Assembly (NCBI GenBank): GCA_963709425.1
Contig: CAVPWG010000002.1
Location: 65,372-129,371, forward strand
Source: an uncultured Actinomycetes bacterium
GTDB lineage: Bacteria; Actinomycetota; Thermoleophilia; Gaiellales; JAICJC01
DNA length: 64,000 bases
Direction: 5' to 3'
Shown in pieces: positions 10,722-20,363 of this stretch. The notes below the pieces were generated by a model. The model saw only the letters and a list, made by a program, of their open reading frames with translations. It was not told the DNA's origin and searched no databases. Made by a program: the position numbers and the translations under genes. The number at the start of each line of letters is the position of its first letter. Position 1 is the stretch's first letter.

Positions 10722-11548
10722 GCGCCACCCGGGTCGAGCGGGTCGTCACCTACACGGTGCTGGCGCTCTTTGCCGTCGGGGCCATCTACCCGGTGCTCTC
10801 GATCCTGTTCCTTGGGCTCCACACCAAGAACGACCTGGTGACGGGCTTCGCGTGGCCGACCGACCCCAGCCTCTCGAGCTTCCGGGCGGCCTGGACGGAG
10901 GGCGACTTCGGAACGGGCCTCAAGTCGAGCTTCATCGTGGCGGCCACGGTCACCGCGGTCTCCGCCGTGCTCTCCGTCGGCACCGGCTACGCCTTCGGCA
11001 CGATGCGCTTCCGCGGCGACCGCTGGCTCTTCGGGCTCTTCCTGCTCGGGATCATCTTCCCGTACGAGGCGACCGTGATCCCGCTCTACTACGACTTCCA
11101 GGACTTCGGCATCCTGAACACGTACTGGTCGCTGATCCTGCCGCAGATCGGCCAGTCGGTCGCGTTCGGCACGTTCTGGATGCGGGCCTTCTTCCGCTCC
11201 ACGCCGCCCGCGCTGGTGGAGGCCGCGCGGATGGACGGCGCATCGAGCTTCGGCGTGCTCGTCCGCGTTCTGCTCCCCCAGGCCCGCCCGGCGGTGCTCA
11301 CGCTGTGTGCGCTCGTCTTCACCTACACCTGGAACGAGTTTCTGCTCGCCCTGGTGCTCGTGAGCGGCGCACCGTCGAAGCAGACGGCGCCGCTCGGCCT
11401 CAGTTTCTTCGCGGGTGCCGTCCGGGCGGGCGACCCGACCAAGGTGGCGGCGGCGTCGGTGCTGGTGGCCGCGCCGATCGTGATCGTGTACATCTTCCTC
11501 CAGCGGCATTTCATCCGCGGGATGCTCGCAGGAGCGGTAAAGGGGTAA
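10718..11548 (+). CDS. ABC sugar transporter permease (MalG/UgpE-like)
   Basis: GTG 10718 overlaps the previous stop (GTGA). The loop EAARMDGASSFGVLVRVLLPQARP is present. The longer tracked ORF 10208.. is out of context upstream. Confidence 0.85.
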   Translation: MSATRVERVVTYTVLALFAVGAIYPVLSILFLGLHTKNDLVTGFAWPTDPSLSSFRAAWTEGDFGTGLKSSFIVAATVTAVSAVLSVGTGYAFGTMRFRGDRWLFGLFLLGIIFPYEATVIPLYYDFQDFGILNTYWSLILPQIGQSVAFGTFWMRAFFRSTPPALVEAARMDGASSFGVLVRVLLPQARPAVLTLCALVFTYTWNEFLLALVLVSGAPSKQTAPLGLSFFAGAVRAGDPTKVAAASVLVAAPIVIVYIFLQRHFIRGMLAGAVKG

Positions 11549-11559
11549 ACGGGTAGGCA

Positions 11560-12864
11560 GTGGCCCGGATCAAGCTGGCATACATCGGCGGAGGCTCGAC
11601 CCGCGGTGCGGGGACGATGGCCTCGTTCATCCACAACAACGGCGCCGAGTTCGACGGGTCGGAGGTCGTGCTGGTCGACCTCGACCCCGACCGGCTCGAG
11701 CTGATCCGGACGCTCGCCGAGAAGATGGCCCGCGCCCGCGGCGTCGACCTCACGATCACGGCCACCACCGACCGCAAGGCTGCCCTCCGCGACTGCGACG
11801 CCGTCCTCTCGTCGTTTCGCCCCGGCGGCTTCGGTGCCCGGGCCAAGGACGAGCGGATCCCGCTCGACCACGGCGTGATCGGCCAGGAGACGCAGGGGCC
11901 GGGTGGATTCTTCATGGCGCTCCGGGCGATCGCCGTCCTCAAGGACATCTGCGCGGAGATGGAGGAGGTCTGCCCGGACGCGTGGCTCTTCAACTACACG
12001 AACCCCGTGAACCTCGTGGCCGAGGCCGTGACGCACCACTCGCCGATCAAGTGCGTCTCGCTCTGCGAGGGGCCGATCTACTTCGTCGACCAGATGGCGG
12101 GATACGCCGAGCTCGACCCGGCCAGGCTCTCGGCGACGATGGTCGGGCTGAACCACGGCTGCTGGAGCGTCGAGCACACGTACGACGGCGAGGACGCGAT
12201 CCCGCACATCGAGGCGGCCTGGGAGCGGCGCCGCGACGACCCGCAGCTCTCGACGATGGGACGGCGCATCCTGCACCTCGGAGCGTCGATGGGCTCGATC
12301 CCCGCCGAGTACTTCATGTACTACTACTTCCGCGACGAGATCGTGAGCGAGCTCGCCGCCAAGCCCACGACCCGGGCCGAGGACATCATGGGCTGGGCGC
12401 CCGACTACTGGCGCCACTACGAGGAGCAGGCGCGGACCGACGACCCCCACCTCGACCCCGGCCACTCGCGCGGCGGCATCCACGAGCTCGAGCTCGCAAT
12501 CGACGTGATGGACGCGATCTTCAACGACAAGGACGAGGTGCACCCGGTCAACGTCCCGAACGCCGGCGGCGCGCTGGCCGGCTTTCCGGAGGACCTCGTC
12601 GTCGAGATCCAGGGGCGCTGCAACCGGGCGGGCATCGAGCCGCTCCCCGCGAAGCCGCTGCCTGCACACGTCCGCGGGCTGGTCGAGATGCTCGGGGAGT
12701 ACCAGGCGGTGGCGGCCGAGGCCGCGTGGTCGGGCGGGCGGCGCGACGCCGTGCGGGCGCTCGCCGCAAACCCGCTCGTGATGCGACTGGACCTGGCCGA
12801 GCAGCTCTACGACGAGCTCCTGGCAGCCCACCGGGACCTGCTTCCGGACCGTCTCGCGGCCTAG
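11560..12864 (+). CDS. Glycoside hydrolase family 4 (NAD/Mn-dependent glycosidase)
   Basis: KLAYIGGGSTRG is a Rossmann-type start. NYTNPVNLV and SLCEGP motifs are typical of GH4. Confidence 0.8.
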   Translation: MARIKLAYIGGGSTRGAGTMASFIHNNGAEFDGSEVVLVDLDPDRLELIRTLAEKMARARGVDLTITATTDRKAALRDCDAVLSSFRPGGFGARAKDERIPLDHGVIGQETQGPGGFFMALRAIAVLKDICAEMEEVCPDAWLFNYTNPVNLVAEAVTHHSPIKCVSLCEGPIYFVDQMAGYAELDPARLSATMVGLNHGCWSVEHTYDGEDAIPHIEAAWERRRDDPQLSTMGRRILHLGASMGSIPAEYFMYYYFRDEIVSELAAKPTTRAEDIMGWAPDYWRHYEEQARTDDPHLDPGHSRGGIHELELAIDVMDAIFNDKDEVHPVNVPNAGGALAGFPEDLVVEIQGRCNRAGIEPLPAKPLPAHVRGLVEMLGEYQAVAAEAAWSGGRRDAVRALAANPLVMRLDLAEQLYDELLAAHRDLLPDRLAA

Positions 12865-12868
12865 GCGC

Positions 12869-13843
12869 ATGTCGCAGCTGCTCCTTGGAGCCGACGGCGG
12901 CAACACCAAGACGATTGCGCTCGTCGCCGATCGCGGCGGCACGATCCTCGGCGCGGGCCGGGCCGGCAACTCCGATCTCTACAACGCGGTCTCGGTCGGC
13001 GCGGCGATCGACGCCATCGGCGCGGCCGTCGCCGCGGCGCTCGCCGCGGCCGGCGCCTCGGCGGCCGATGTCGAGGCGGCCTGCTTCAGCCTCGCCGGAG
13101 CCGACTGGCCCGAGGACTTCGAGCTCCTGAGGCGCGAGCTCCCGGCGCAGATCGGCCTTCCGGGCGAGCCGCTGGTCGTGAACGACGCCGTCGGCGCGAT
13201 CCGCGCCGGCACGCCCGACGGAATCGGGACGGCCGTCGTCTGCGGCACCTACGGCGTCTCGAGCGGCCGAAACGCCGCGGGCGAGGTGTTCCACCTGGGG
13301 TTCTGGCCTGACTCGTGCGGCGCCCGGCCGCTCGGCCGAGAGGCGCTGGCCGCCGTGTGGCGCTCGGATCTGGGCACGGGACCCGAGACATCGCTCACCC
13401 GGCGGGCGCTCGAGACGTACTCGGTCGCCGACCCGATGGCGCTTCTGTACGAGCTGACCCGCCGCGGCGGGCCCGGCTCCGAGGCGGTCGACCGGCTGGC
13501 GCCGGCCGTCCTCGACGAGGCAGACGCCGGCGACGACGTCGCGGCAGCCATCGTCGCCGGCCAGGGGCGCATCCTGGGCGACCAGACCCGGGTGTGCGCC
13601 GAGCGCGTTGGCCTCACGGGCGCCGAGTTCCCGGTCGTCCTGGCGGGCGGCGTCTTCCGCCACCCCTCCCGCCTTCTGGCGGAGACGCTCATGGAGCGCC
13701 TCCCCGGCGGGCGGTCGGTGCGGGCGGCTCACGAGCCGGTGGGCGGCGCGCTGCTCTTCGCGTTCGACCGCGCCGGCGTGACGCCCGACGAGGAGCGGAT
13801 GCGCGAGACCGCTCCCCCCGCAGTCACGTACGCGACCACCTAG
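12869..13843 (+). CDS. BadF/BadG/BcrA/BcrD-type ATPase (N-acetylglucosamine-kinase-like)
   Basis: LLLGADGGNTKTIALVADRGG is the N-terminal phosphate-1 motif, and VLAGGVF lies near the C-terminus. Confidence 0.7.
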   Translation: MSQLLLGADGGNTKTIALVADRGGTILGAGRAGNSDLYNAVSVGAAIDAIGAAVAAALAAAGASAADVEAACFSLAGADWPEDFELLRRELPAQIGLPGEPLVVNDAVGAIRAGTPDGIGTAVVCGTYGVSSGRNAAGEVFHLGFWPDSCGARPLGREALAAVWRSDLGTGPETSLTRRALETYSVADPMALLYELTRRGGPGSEAVDRLAPAVLDEADAGDDVAAAIVAGQGRILGDQTRVCAERVGLTGAEFPVVLAGGVFRHPSRLLAETLMERLPGGRSVRAAHEPVGGALLFAFDRAGVTPDEERMRETAPPAVTYATT

Positions 13844-14020
13844 CCGCACCACCGGACGGCGCAGACGCCACAAAACGCCGCATTCGGCCACGAGGCAGCA
13901 ACAATTCACGCCGGGGGGCGCGTTGGGGTCAGACCCCAGAACCGGCCGCGTTGCGCATTCGTTGCCGGCGTGCGACCGATCGCGGGTATTCGTGACGCCT
14001 GGCCGGCCGTGCCGGGCCGG

Positions 14021-15238
14021 TCAACCGCCGACGGCGGCGCCTGTCTCCGGATCGAAGAAGTGCAGCTGCCCGGTGTCGACGGCGAGCGTCAGCGGCTCGC
14101 CCTCGCGGGCCGACGAGCGCGGGCTGACGCGGGCCACCCAGATGCAGCGGCGCTCGGCCGCGGCGGCCTCGAGGCCCTCCAGCACGTCCAGGCCGGTCTC
14201 GGCCGCAAGCTCCTTGATGTCCTCGGTCAGGACCGGCGCGGCGTCGAGTGCGAAGTGCACGAGCAGATCCGAGCCGAGCGCCTCGCACAGCTCGGGCACG
14301 ACATCGAGGCTGCGGCCCGGTGGTGCCTCGCGGGCGATGCTGACGTCCTCCATCGCCTCGGGCCGCACGCCGAGGATGACCGTGCGGCCGGCGTAGGCCC
14401 GGAGCGCCGGCCGGGCGGCGGCCGCCTCCGGGTCGACCGTGAGCCGGCAGCCGGCGAATTCGAGCGTGATCCCGGCCTCGCCGGCCTCGACGCGGGCCTC
14501 GACCATGTTCATCGCCGGCGAGCCGATGAAGCCGGCGACGAACAGGTTCGCGGGACGGTTGTAGAGCGCGTCGGGCGCGTCCCACTGCTGGAGGACGCCC
14601 CGCTTCATGACCGCGACCATGTCACCCATCGTCATCGCCTCGGTCTGGTCGTGGGTGACGTAGATCGTCGTCACGCCGAGGTCGCGCTGCGTCCGGCGAA
14701 GCTCGGAGCGCATCTGCACGCGCAGCTTGGCGTCGAGGTTCGAGAGCGGCTCGTCCATCAGGAACGCCTGCGGCTCGCGCACGATGGCGCGGCCCATCGC
14801 GACCCGCTGGCGCTGGCCGCCGGAGAGCTGTCCGGGCTTCTTGGCCAGGAGCTCCGAGAGCCCCAGCGTGCGGGCCACGTCGTCGACCCGCCGGCGCACG
14901 TCGGACTTGGGCATCCGCCGCAGCTTCAGGCTGAACGCCATGTTGTCGTAGACCGACATCTGCGGGTAGAGGGCGTAGTCCTGGAAGACCATCGCCAGAT
15001 CGCGATCCTTCGGCGAGACGTCGTTCACGACCCGGTCGCCGATCTGCACGGTGCCGGTGGTGATCGCCTCGAGGCCCGCCACGCATCGCAGAAGCGTCGT
15101 CTTGCCGCAGCCGGACGGCCCGACGAGAACGGCGAGCCGGCCGTCGGGGATCACGAGGTCGACCCCCGCGACGCCCTCCGTGCCGTCCGGGTACACCTTG
15201 CGGACGCGCTCCAGCACGATCTCCGCCACGGCGGCCAC
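14021..15238 (-). CDS. ABC sugar-import ATPase (MsiK/UgpC/MalK-like)
   Basis: GPSGCGKTT, LSGGQRQRVA and FLMDEPLSNLD are present, plus a C-terminal regulatory domain. The start is GTG 15238 or 15229. Confidence 0.85.
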   Translation of the reverse strand: MAAVAEIVLERVRKVYPDGTEGVAGVDLVIPDGRLAVLVGPSGCGKTTLLRCVAGLEAITTGTVQIGDRVVNDVSPKDRDLAMVFQDYALYPQMSVYDNMAFSLKLRRMPKSDVRRRVDDVARTLGLSELLAKKPGQLSGGQRQRVAMGRAIVREPQAFLMDEPLSNLDAKLRVQMRSELRRTQRDLGVTTIYVTHDQTEAMTMGDMVAVMKRGVLQQWDAPDALYNRPANLFVAGFIGSPAMNMVEARVEAGEAGITLEFAGCRLTVDPEAAAARPALRAYAGRTVILGVRPEAMEDVSIAREAPPGRSLDVVPELCEALGSDLLVHFALDAAPVLTEDIKELAAETGLDVLEGLEAAAAERRCIWVARVSPRSSAREGEPLTLAVDTGQLHFFDPETGAAVGG

Positions 15239-15254
15239 ACTATCGCACGCCGGT

Positions 15255-16364
15255 TCAGACGGCGCTGCGAGGGTCGTGCACCCGCCGGTCGCCGCCGCCC
15301 TCGGGCGGAAGCGAGGAGTAGTCGGGCGCCGGGAAGCCGCTCTCGAGGTCGATCGCCCGCCCCTCCTTCGCCGAGCGGCCCGCCGCGAGCATGACCTCGA
15401 GCGCATGCAGCGAGTGCTCCGGCCGCATCACCGGCGCGACGCCGCGCTCGATGCACTCCACGAGGTGGTCGAGGCCGGCCGTCCACGACCACCCCGGCGC
15501 AGCCTCGGGGTGCACCTCCCACGTGCCGGCGGCGTTTCGCCAGAGCTCGAAGCCCTCCGGCGCCCAGTCGTCCCCGAGCATCTGCACGACACCGTCGGTG
15601 CCGTAGAGCTCGATAGCGGGCGAGCGGTAGCGCTGCATGGTGAAGCCGGTCGCCACCGATGCGAACCGGCTCTCGCCGAAGTCGAGCAGCAGGTGGGCGT
15701 TGTCGTCGCTCTGCACACGGATCGGGGCACCCTCGACGACGCGCTCGGGGATCGCCGTCCCCACCATCGCCACCACCCGGCGCACGGGGCCGATGAGGCC
15801 GCACAGGCTCGTGACGTTGTAGATGCCGAGATCGAAGAGCGCGCCGCCGCCCGGCTCGTAGTACCACCGCCCCCACCACGGCCCCGCCCAGCCGTACCGC
15901 GCCCGCGCCAGCACGACGCGGCCGACGTCGCCCGCCCCGACCCGGCGGTGGATCGCCCGGTAGGTGGGAGACAGGAGCACGGCCGGCGCGCAGACGACCA
16001 CCTGCCCGGATGCGCGGCCGGCCGCCGCGACGAGGGCACGGGCCTCGTCCATCGTCGTCGCCATCGGCTTCTCGACCAGCACGTGCCGGCCCGCCGCCAG
16101 TGCCGCGAGCGCCAGCCGGCCGTGCTCGAGCATGCTCGTCAGCACCAGCACCGCGTCGACCCGGTCGTGCTCGATGACGGCCTCGGCGCTCGCGACGGCC
16201 ACCGCCGCCCCTGTCGCGCGGTCGGCGGCGGCGCGCTTTTCGGGATCGGGGTCGTATGCGGCCGTGACCTCGACGCGCCCGGCGGCGGCGAGCCGCTCGA
16301 TCGCCGTGCGGTACGGCGTCCAGTAGACGCTCCCCAGACCGAGAATTCCGAGACGGACGGTCAC
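15255..16364 (-). CDS. Gfo/Idh/MocA-family oxidoreductase
   Basis: VRLGILGLGSVYW is a Rossmann-type start, followed by EKPMATT. GTG 16364 was chosen because the tracked start 16427 would overlap the divergent sthA start. Confidence 0.8.
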   Translation of the reverse strand: MTVRLGILGLGSVYWTPYRTAIERLAAAGRVEVTAAYDPDPEKRAAADRATGAAVAVASAEAVIEHDRVDAVLVLTSMLEHGRLALAALAAGRHVLVEKPMATTMDEARALVAAAGRASGQVVVCAPAVLLSPTYRAIHRRVGAGDVGRVVLARARYGWAGPWWGRWYYEPGGGALFDLGIYNVTSLCGLIGPVRRVVAMVGTAIPERVVEGAPIRVQSDDNAHLLLDFGESRFASVATGFTMQRYRSPAIELYGTDGVVQMLGDDWAPEGFELWRNAAGTWEVHPEAAPGWSWTAGLDHLVECIERGVAPVMRPEHSLHALEVMLAAGRSAKEGRAIDLESGFPAPDYSSLPPEGGGDRRVHDPRSAV

Positions 16365-16425
16365 CAGGCAACGATGATGATAAGAGACCCTCGGCGGTGG
16401 CGGGGATGGGTAGTCTCCGCTGAGC

Positions 16426-17841
16426 ATGGCCTACGACTTCGATCTGCTCGTGATCGGCTCGGGCCCGGCAGGTCAGAAGGCCGCGATCCAGGCGGCCAAG
16501 CTGCACCGCCGTGTCGCGATCGTCGAGCAGCAGCGCATGGTCGGGGGCGTGTGCATCAACTCGGGCACGATCCCCTCGAAGACGCTGCGCGAGGCGGTCA
16601 TGTACCTGACCGGGATGACGCAGCGGTCGATGTACGGCGACAGCTATCGCGTCAAGGACGACGTCACCATCTCGGATCTCTTCTGGCGCACACAGGCCGT
16701 CATCGAGCGCGAGGCCGACGTCGTCCGCGACCAACTCTCGCGAAACCACGTGCGCATCCTCACCGGCACGGGTCACTTCTCGGACGACCACACGGTCACG
16801 GTCTCGGGAGAGGACGGCGCCAGCCGCCAGGTGACGGCGGAGAAGATCGTGATCGCAGTCGGCACCCGGCCGGCGCGGCCGACGAGCGTCGAGTTCAACG
16901 AGCGCACCGTGCTCGACTCGGACGGGATCCTGCACCTCGAGAAGATCCCTGACGCGCTCCTGGTCGTCGGCGCCGGTGTGATCGGCATCGAGTACGCCTC
17001 GATGTTCGCGGCGCTCGGATCGCGGGTCACGGTCGTCGAGGTGCGGCCGCGGCTGCTCGACTTCTGCGACGCCGAGATCATCGAGGCGCTCCAGTACCAC
17101 CTGCGCGACCTGAACGTCGTCTTCCGGCTCTCAGAGGAGGTCGTCGGGGTCGACGAGCACGACGGCGGGACGATCACGCACCTGAAGAGCGGCAAACGGA
17201 TACTCGCCGACACGGTCCTCTACTCCGCCGGACGGCAGGGCGCGACCGACGCCCTCGACCTCGGAAACGTCGGGATCGAGGCGGACGCGCGCGGCCGGAT
17301 CAGCATCGACGAGCACTACCGCACGTCGGTCGAGCACATCTACGCGGTCGGCGACGTGATCGGCTTCCCGAGCCTGGCGGCGACCTCGATGGAGCAGGGC
17401 CGGCTCGCATCCGCGCACGCCTGCGGGCTCGACGTGAAGCCGATCTCCGCATCGCTGCCGATCGGCATCTACACGATCCCTGAGATCAGCTTCGTCGGCA
17501 GCACCGAGGAGCAGCTCACCCTGGAGCAGACGCCGTACGAGGTGGGGATCTCACGCTACCGCGAGCTGGCCCGCGGGGCGATCCTCGGCGACGCCTACGG
17601 CATGCTGAAGCTGCTCGTCTCGGCGGACGACCGCCGGCTCCTCGGCGTGCACGCCTTCGGGACGACCGCGACGGAGCTCGTGCACATCGGCCAGACGGTG
17701 ATGGGGTTCGGCGGCACGGTCGACTATCTCGTCGAGGCCGTCTTCAACTACCCGACGCTGGCCGAGGGCTACAAGGTCGCAGCGCTCGACGCGACGAACA
17801 AGCTGCGAGCGATCTCGTCGCTCTCCTCCTCGCCAACCTGA
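16426..17841 (+). CDS. sthA: Soluble pyridine nucleotide transhydrogenase
   Basis: [26 protein letters not shown]..., [19 protein letters not shown] and the C-terminal dimerisation domain resemble the SthA/UdhA pattern. Confidence 0.85.
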   Translation: MAYDFDLLVIGSGPAGQKAAIQAAKLHRRVAIVEQQRMVGGVCINSGTIPSKTLREAVMYLTGMTQRSMYGDSYRVKDDVTISDLFWRTQAVIEREADVVRDQLSRNHVRILTGTGHFSDDHTVTVSGEDGASRQVTAEKIVIAVGTRPARPTSVEFNERTVLDSDGILHLEKIPDALLVVGAGVIGIEYASMFAALGSRVTVVEVRPRLLDFCDAEIIEALQYHLRDLNVVFRLSEEVVGVDEHDGGTITHLKSGKRILADTVLYSAGRQGATDALDLGNVGIEADARGRISIDEHYRTSVEHIYAVGDVIGFPSLAATSMEQGRLASAHACGLDVKPISASLPIGIYTIPEISFVGSTEEQLTLEQTPYEVGISRYRELARGAILGDAYGMLKLLVSADDRRLLGVHAFGTTATELVHIGQTVMGFGGTVDYLVEAVFNYPTLAEGYKVAALDATNKLRAISSLSSSPT

Positions 17842-17897
17842 CGCAAAGAGAGCCAGGCCACAATCCGGGCGGGCCGCCGCGACGTACCCCCATCACC

Positions 17898-17920
17898 GGC
17901 GTCCCTCCTGCAAGGACGCC
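17898..17920 (+). terminator. Stem-loop downstream of sthA (GGCGTCC-N9-GGACGCC), no U tract
   Basis: A perfect 7-bp inverted repeat was read directly, 57 nt after the sthA stop. Confidence 0.3.
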
Positions 17921-18462
17921 TGCCCCGGGGCGGGGCGCGACCCCCTCGGACGTCCCGCTCCGGCGGCTGGCCACAGGCTCAATCGCGGTGCTCCCTGCGG
18001 CCGATCACAGCGCAGGTACCCCCGTGAACATGTCCGACCGAACAACCCTTGCCGAAGCCGGCCCCGGTCGCTGCCGCGTCGGTCGTGGACGTCGAACCGA
18101 CCGCGGCGAGTCAGGAGCTCCGGACGATCTCGAGCGGGGGTCAGTCGATCGCCGCCAGCGCGCCGCGGGCGTTGTCATCGACGACATCCGGCCGCGGTCG
18201 GCGAGCACCTCCGCACGATCAGGCACCCGGCACGAGTGCGGCGTGTGCTCGCTAATGTCGTAGTGCGCGTAGAGCGGCTGCATCGGTCTCGTGGCTTGAC
18301 CTAGACGTCGGTGGGCTTCCCGATGGGCTGGCTTGAGGTGACGACGTCGAGCTCGTGCCAGTCCCTGAGCTCACGGGCGACGGGATGCAGCACCTCGACT
18401 TGGGTTCGCTCGGACGTCTGCAAGCAACAATTGTGCAGCGCGCCCCGGTCGCGTGCAGGCCG

Positions 18463-18488
18463 AACGTTCTGGAAAGTTCTGGAACGTT
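18463..18488. promoter_or_regulatory. Inverted repeat AACGTTC-N12-GAACGTT containing two direct GTTCTGGAA copies 10 nt apart
   Basis: Read directly in the 790-bp gene-poor gap. It lies upstream (minus sense) of two small tandem ORFs. Confidence 0.35.
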
Positions 18489-18630
18489 TACGGGGACTGT
18501 TCGGATTCCGTGATCGCGCCCGGCGGGCCGTCCCGAGCGGCTAGGGTCGGTGGCCGAGGAGAGAGGCGGGTGGCGCACGGTTCGAAGACCGGCGTCCCTC
18601 GGAGTCGTCCAGGGAGGGAGGTCGAACGGC

Positions 18631-19470
18631 ATGGTGGGCATCCGAAGACGATTGGGGCGCTCGTGCGCGGTCGCGATCCTGACGGCCGCAGCCCTCGCGG
18701 TGCTGAGCCCGACAGTGGCGCTCGCGCGCCCGCACGGGCAGTTCCGGGTGAGCTGCCCCTACAGCCACTCGAAGTCCGACGATCCGATCGTCTACCCGGA
18801 CCAGCCGGGCGCGTCGCACCTGCACGACTTCTTCGGCAACAACTCGGTCGATGCGTTCTCGAATGAGTCGTCGCTCCGCGCCGGCACGACCACGTGTAGC
18901 ACCCCGGATGACCTGAGCGGCTACTGGGAGCCCGAGATGTACGTCAACGGCAAGCCCCGGCCGGCGCCGAAGATGACGATCTACTACGTGGGCTACGGCA
19001 ACACCGAGCCGATGCCCGCCGGCCTCCAGATGGTCGCAGGCGACTCGCACGCGACGCACCTGCAGTCGACTGCGGTCCTCCAGTGGACGTGCGGCGACGG
19101 CACGCCTAAGCAGACGAAGCCATACAACTGCAAGCCCTGGCTTAAGGTCGACCCGGGCGGGGTGACAGCGCTCGTCAAGTTCCCGACCTGCTGGGACGGC
19201 AACGGGCTCACGCGCGACCACGTCGCCTACACCGTGCGGGGCGGAAACTGCCCGGCGGGGTTCGGCCACTCGATCCCGCTGGTCAGGATGTTCCTGAAGA
19301 CGGGCATCGTGAACCCGCGGGATGCCAACAATCACGTCAGGATCGGCTTCTCGAGCGGAAAGCACTACACACTGCATGGCGACTTCTTCAGCGCCTGGGA
19401 TCAGGCCCGGATGAACTCGCTGACGCAGAACTGCATCAACGCCGGCAAGAACTGCGGCCGCATCACGTAG
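18631..19470 (+). CDS. Secreted DUF1996-family protein
   Basis: ATG 18631 follows GGGAGGGAGG. A signal peptide (AILTAAALAVLSPTVALA) precedes the SHLHDFFGN motif that I associate with DUF1996. Confidence 0.7.
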   Translation: MVGIRRRLGRSCAVAILTAAALAVLSPTVALARPHGQFRVSCPYSHSKSDDPIVYPDQPGASHLHDFFGNNSVDAFSNESSLRAGTTTCSTPDDLSGYWEPEMYVNGKPRPAPKMTIYYVGYGNTEPMPAGLQMVAGDSHATHLQSTAVLQWTCGDGTPKQTKPYNCKPWLKVDPGGVTALVKFPTCWDGNGLTRDHVAYTVRGGNCPAGFGHSIPLVRMFLKTGIVNPRDANNHVRIGFSSGKHYTLHGDFFSAWDQARMNSLTQNCINAGKNCGRIT

Positions 19471-19675
19471 GCGTCACCGGCCCGGATACAGGTGGCAGGC
19501 GACCTGCACGTCGCCGACCGGACGCAGGGCCGGGTCGATCGGATCGTGGAACTCGACGGCCGCGCCGTCGTCCGAAGGATCGACCGACCGGACGCCTGTC
19601 CAGAATGGTTCGACCTCTTTGACGAGCACCGGGCGGGAGATGTTGGCGGCGGAGTTCTCCGTCTCGCCGCCGCAG

Positions 19676-20269
19676 TCACACCTGGCCGCGACCCGTGGAT
19701 CGGGCAGTGGTCGGAAGATCCAACCCCTCGCGGCAGAGCTGGGCGGCGACGATCTCGCGGGCCTTGTAGATCCGCCACTTGACGTTCGCCAGGCTCGTCT
19801 CCAGGGCGTCGGCGATCTCCGCGTACGGGAGGCCGACGACGTCGCGCAGCAGCAGCGCCATCTTCAGATCCACGCTCAGCGCCCCGATCGCCCGCCAGAC
19901 GATCTCCATCTCCTCGATGGGGAGCGACTGCGGCGGTGCGGTGAGCTCCAGATACGCGTCGGCATCGAGCTCCAGCGAGCGGCCGCCCCGCCGCTCGCGT
20001 GCCCTCAGCTCATCGACCACCCGGTGCTTCGCGACCTGAAACAGCCACGTCGTGAACAGACAGCGACTGTCGAAGGTCGGCAGCGCCCGGTGGACGCGGA
20101 TGAAGACCTCCTGGCAGACATCCTCGGCCAACGCCCGGTCGCCCGCCAGCACCCGCACGACGTAGTTGTGAAGCGGCGCCTGGTACTGCCGCATGATGGC
20201 CGCAAACGCGTCGTCATCACCGCGCTGTGCGAGACGCAGCATGTCAGGGTCAGGTTGTGGGAGAGCCAC
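19676..20269 (-). CDS. ECF sigma factor
   Basis: Region 2 (EDVCQEVFIRVHRALPTFD, FTTWLFQVAKHRVVDELR) and region 4 (LLLRDVVGLPYAEIADALETSLANVKWRIYKAREI) are present. The start is GTG 20269 or ATG 20242. Confidence 0.85.
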   Translation of the reverse strand: MALPQPDPDMLRLAQRGDDDAFAAIMRQYQAPLHNYVVRVLAGDRALAEDVCQEVFIRVHRALPTFDSRCLFTTWLFQVAKHRVVDELRARERRGGRSLELDADAYLELTAPPQSLPIEEMEIVWRAIGALSVDLKMALLLRDVVGLPYAEIADALETSLANVKWRIYKAREIVAAQLCREGLDLPTTARSTGRGQV

Positions 20270-20363
20270 GATAGGTCACAGTCAAGAGTTCGTCACGAAC
20301 GTAACCCGGCACTCTGGCGATGCGCCGTTGGACCCGTCTTGGGCGCGGTTGTCGCGGTTGGGT

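Noticed and set aside
16365-16427. Tracked start (16427) of the Gfo/Idh/MocA gene.
   Set aside because: It would overlap the divergent sthA start codon and add 21 non-Rossmann residues. GTG 16364 gives the usual VRLGILGLG N-terminus.
19401-19778. Tracked 125-aa ORF as the anti-sigma factor of the ECF sigma.
   Set aside because: It overlaps the sigma gene by about 100 nt, is Arg/Pro/Ser-rich, has no TM segment or zinc-finger motif, and has weaker third-position bias than the alternative frame.
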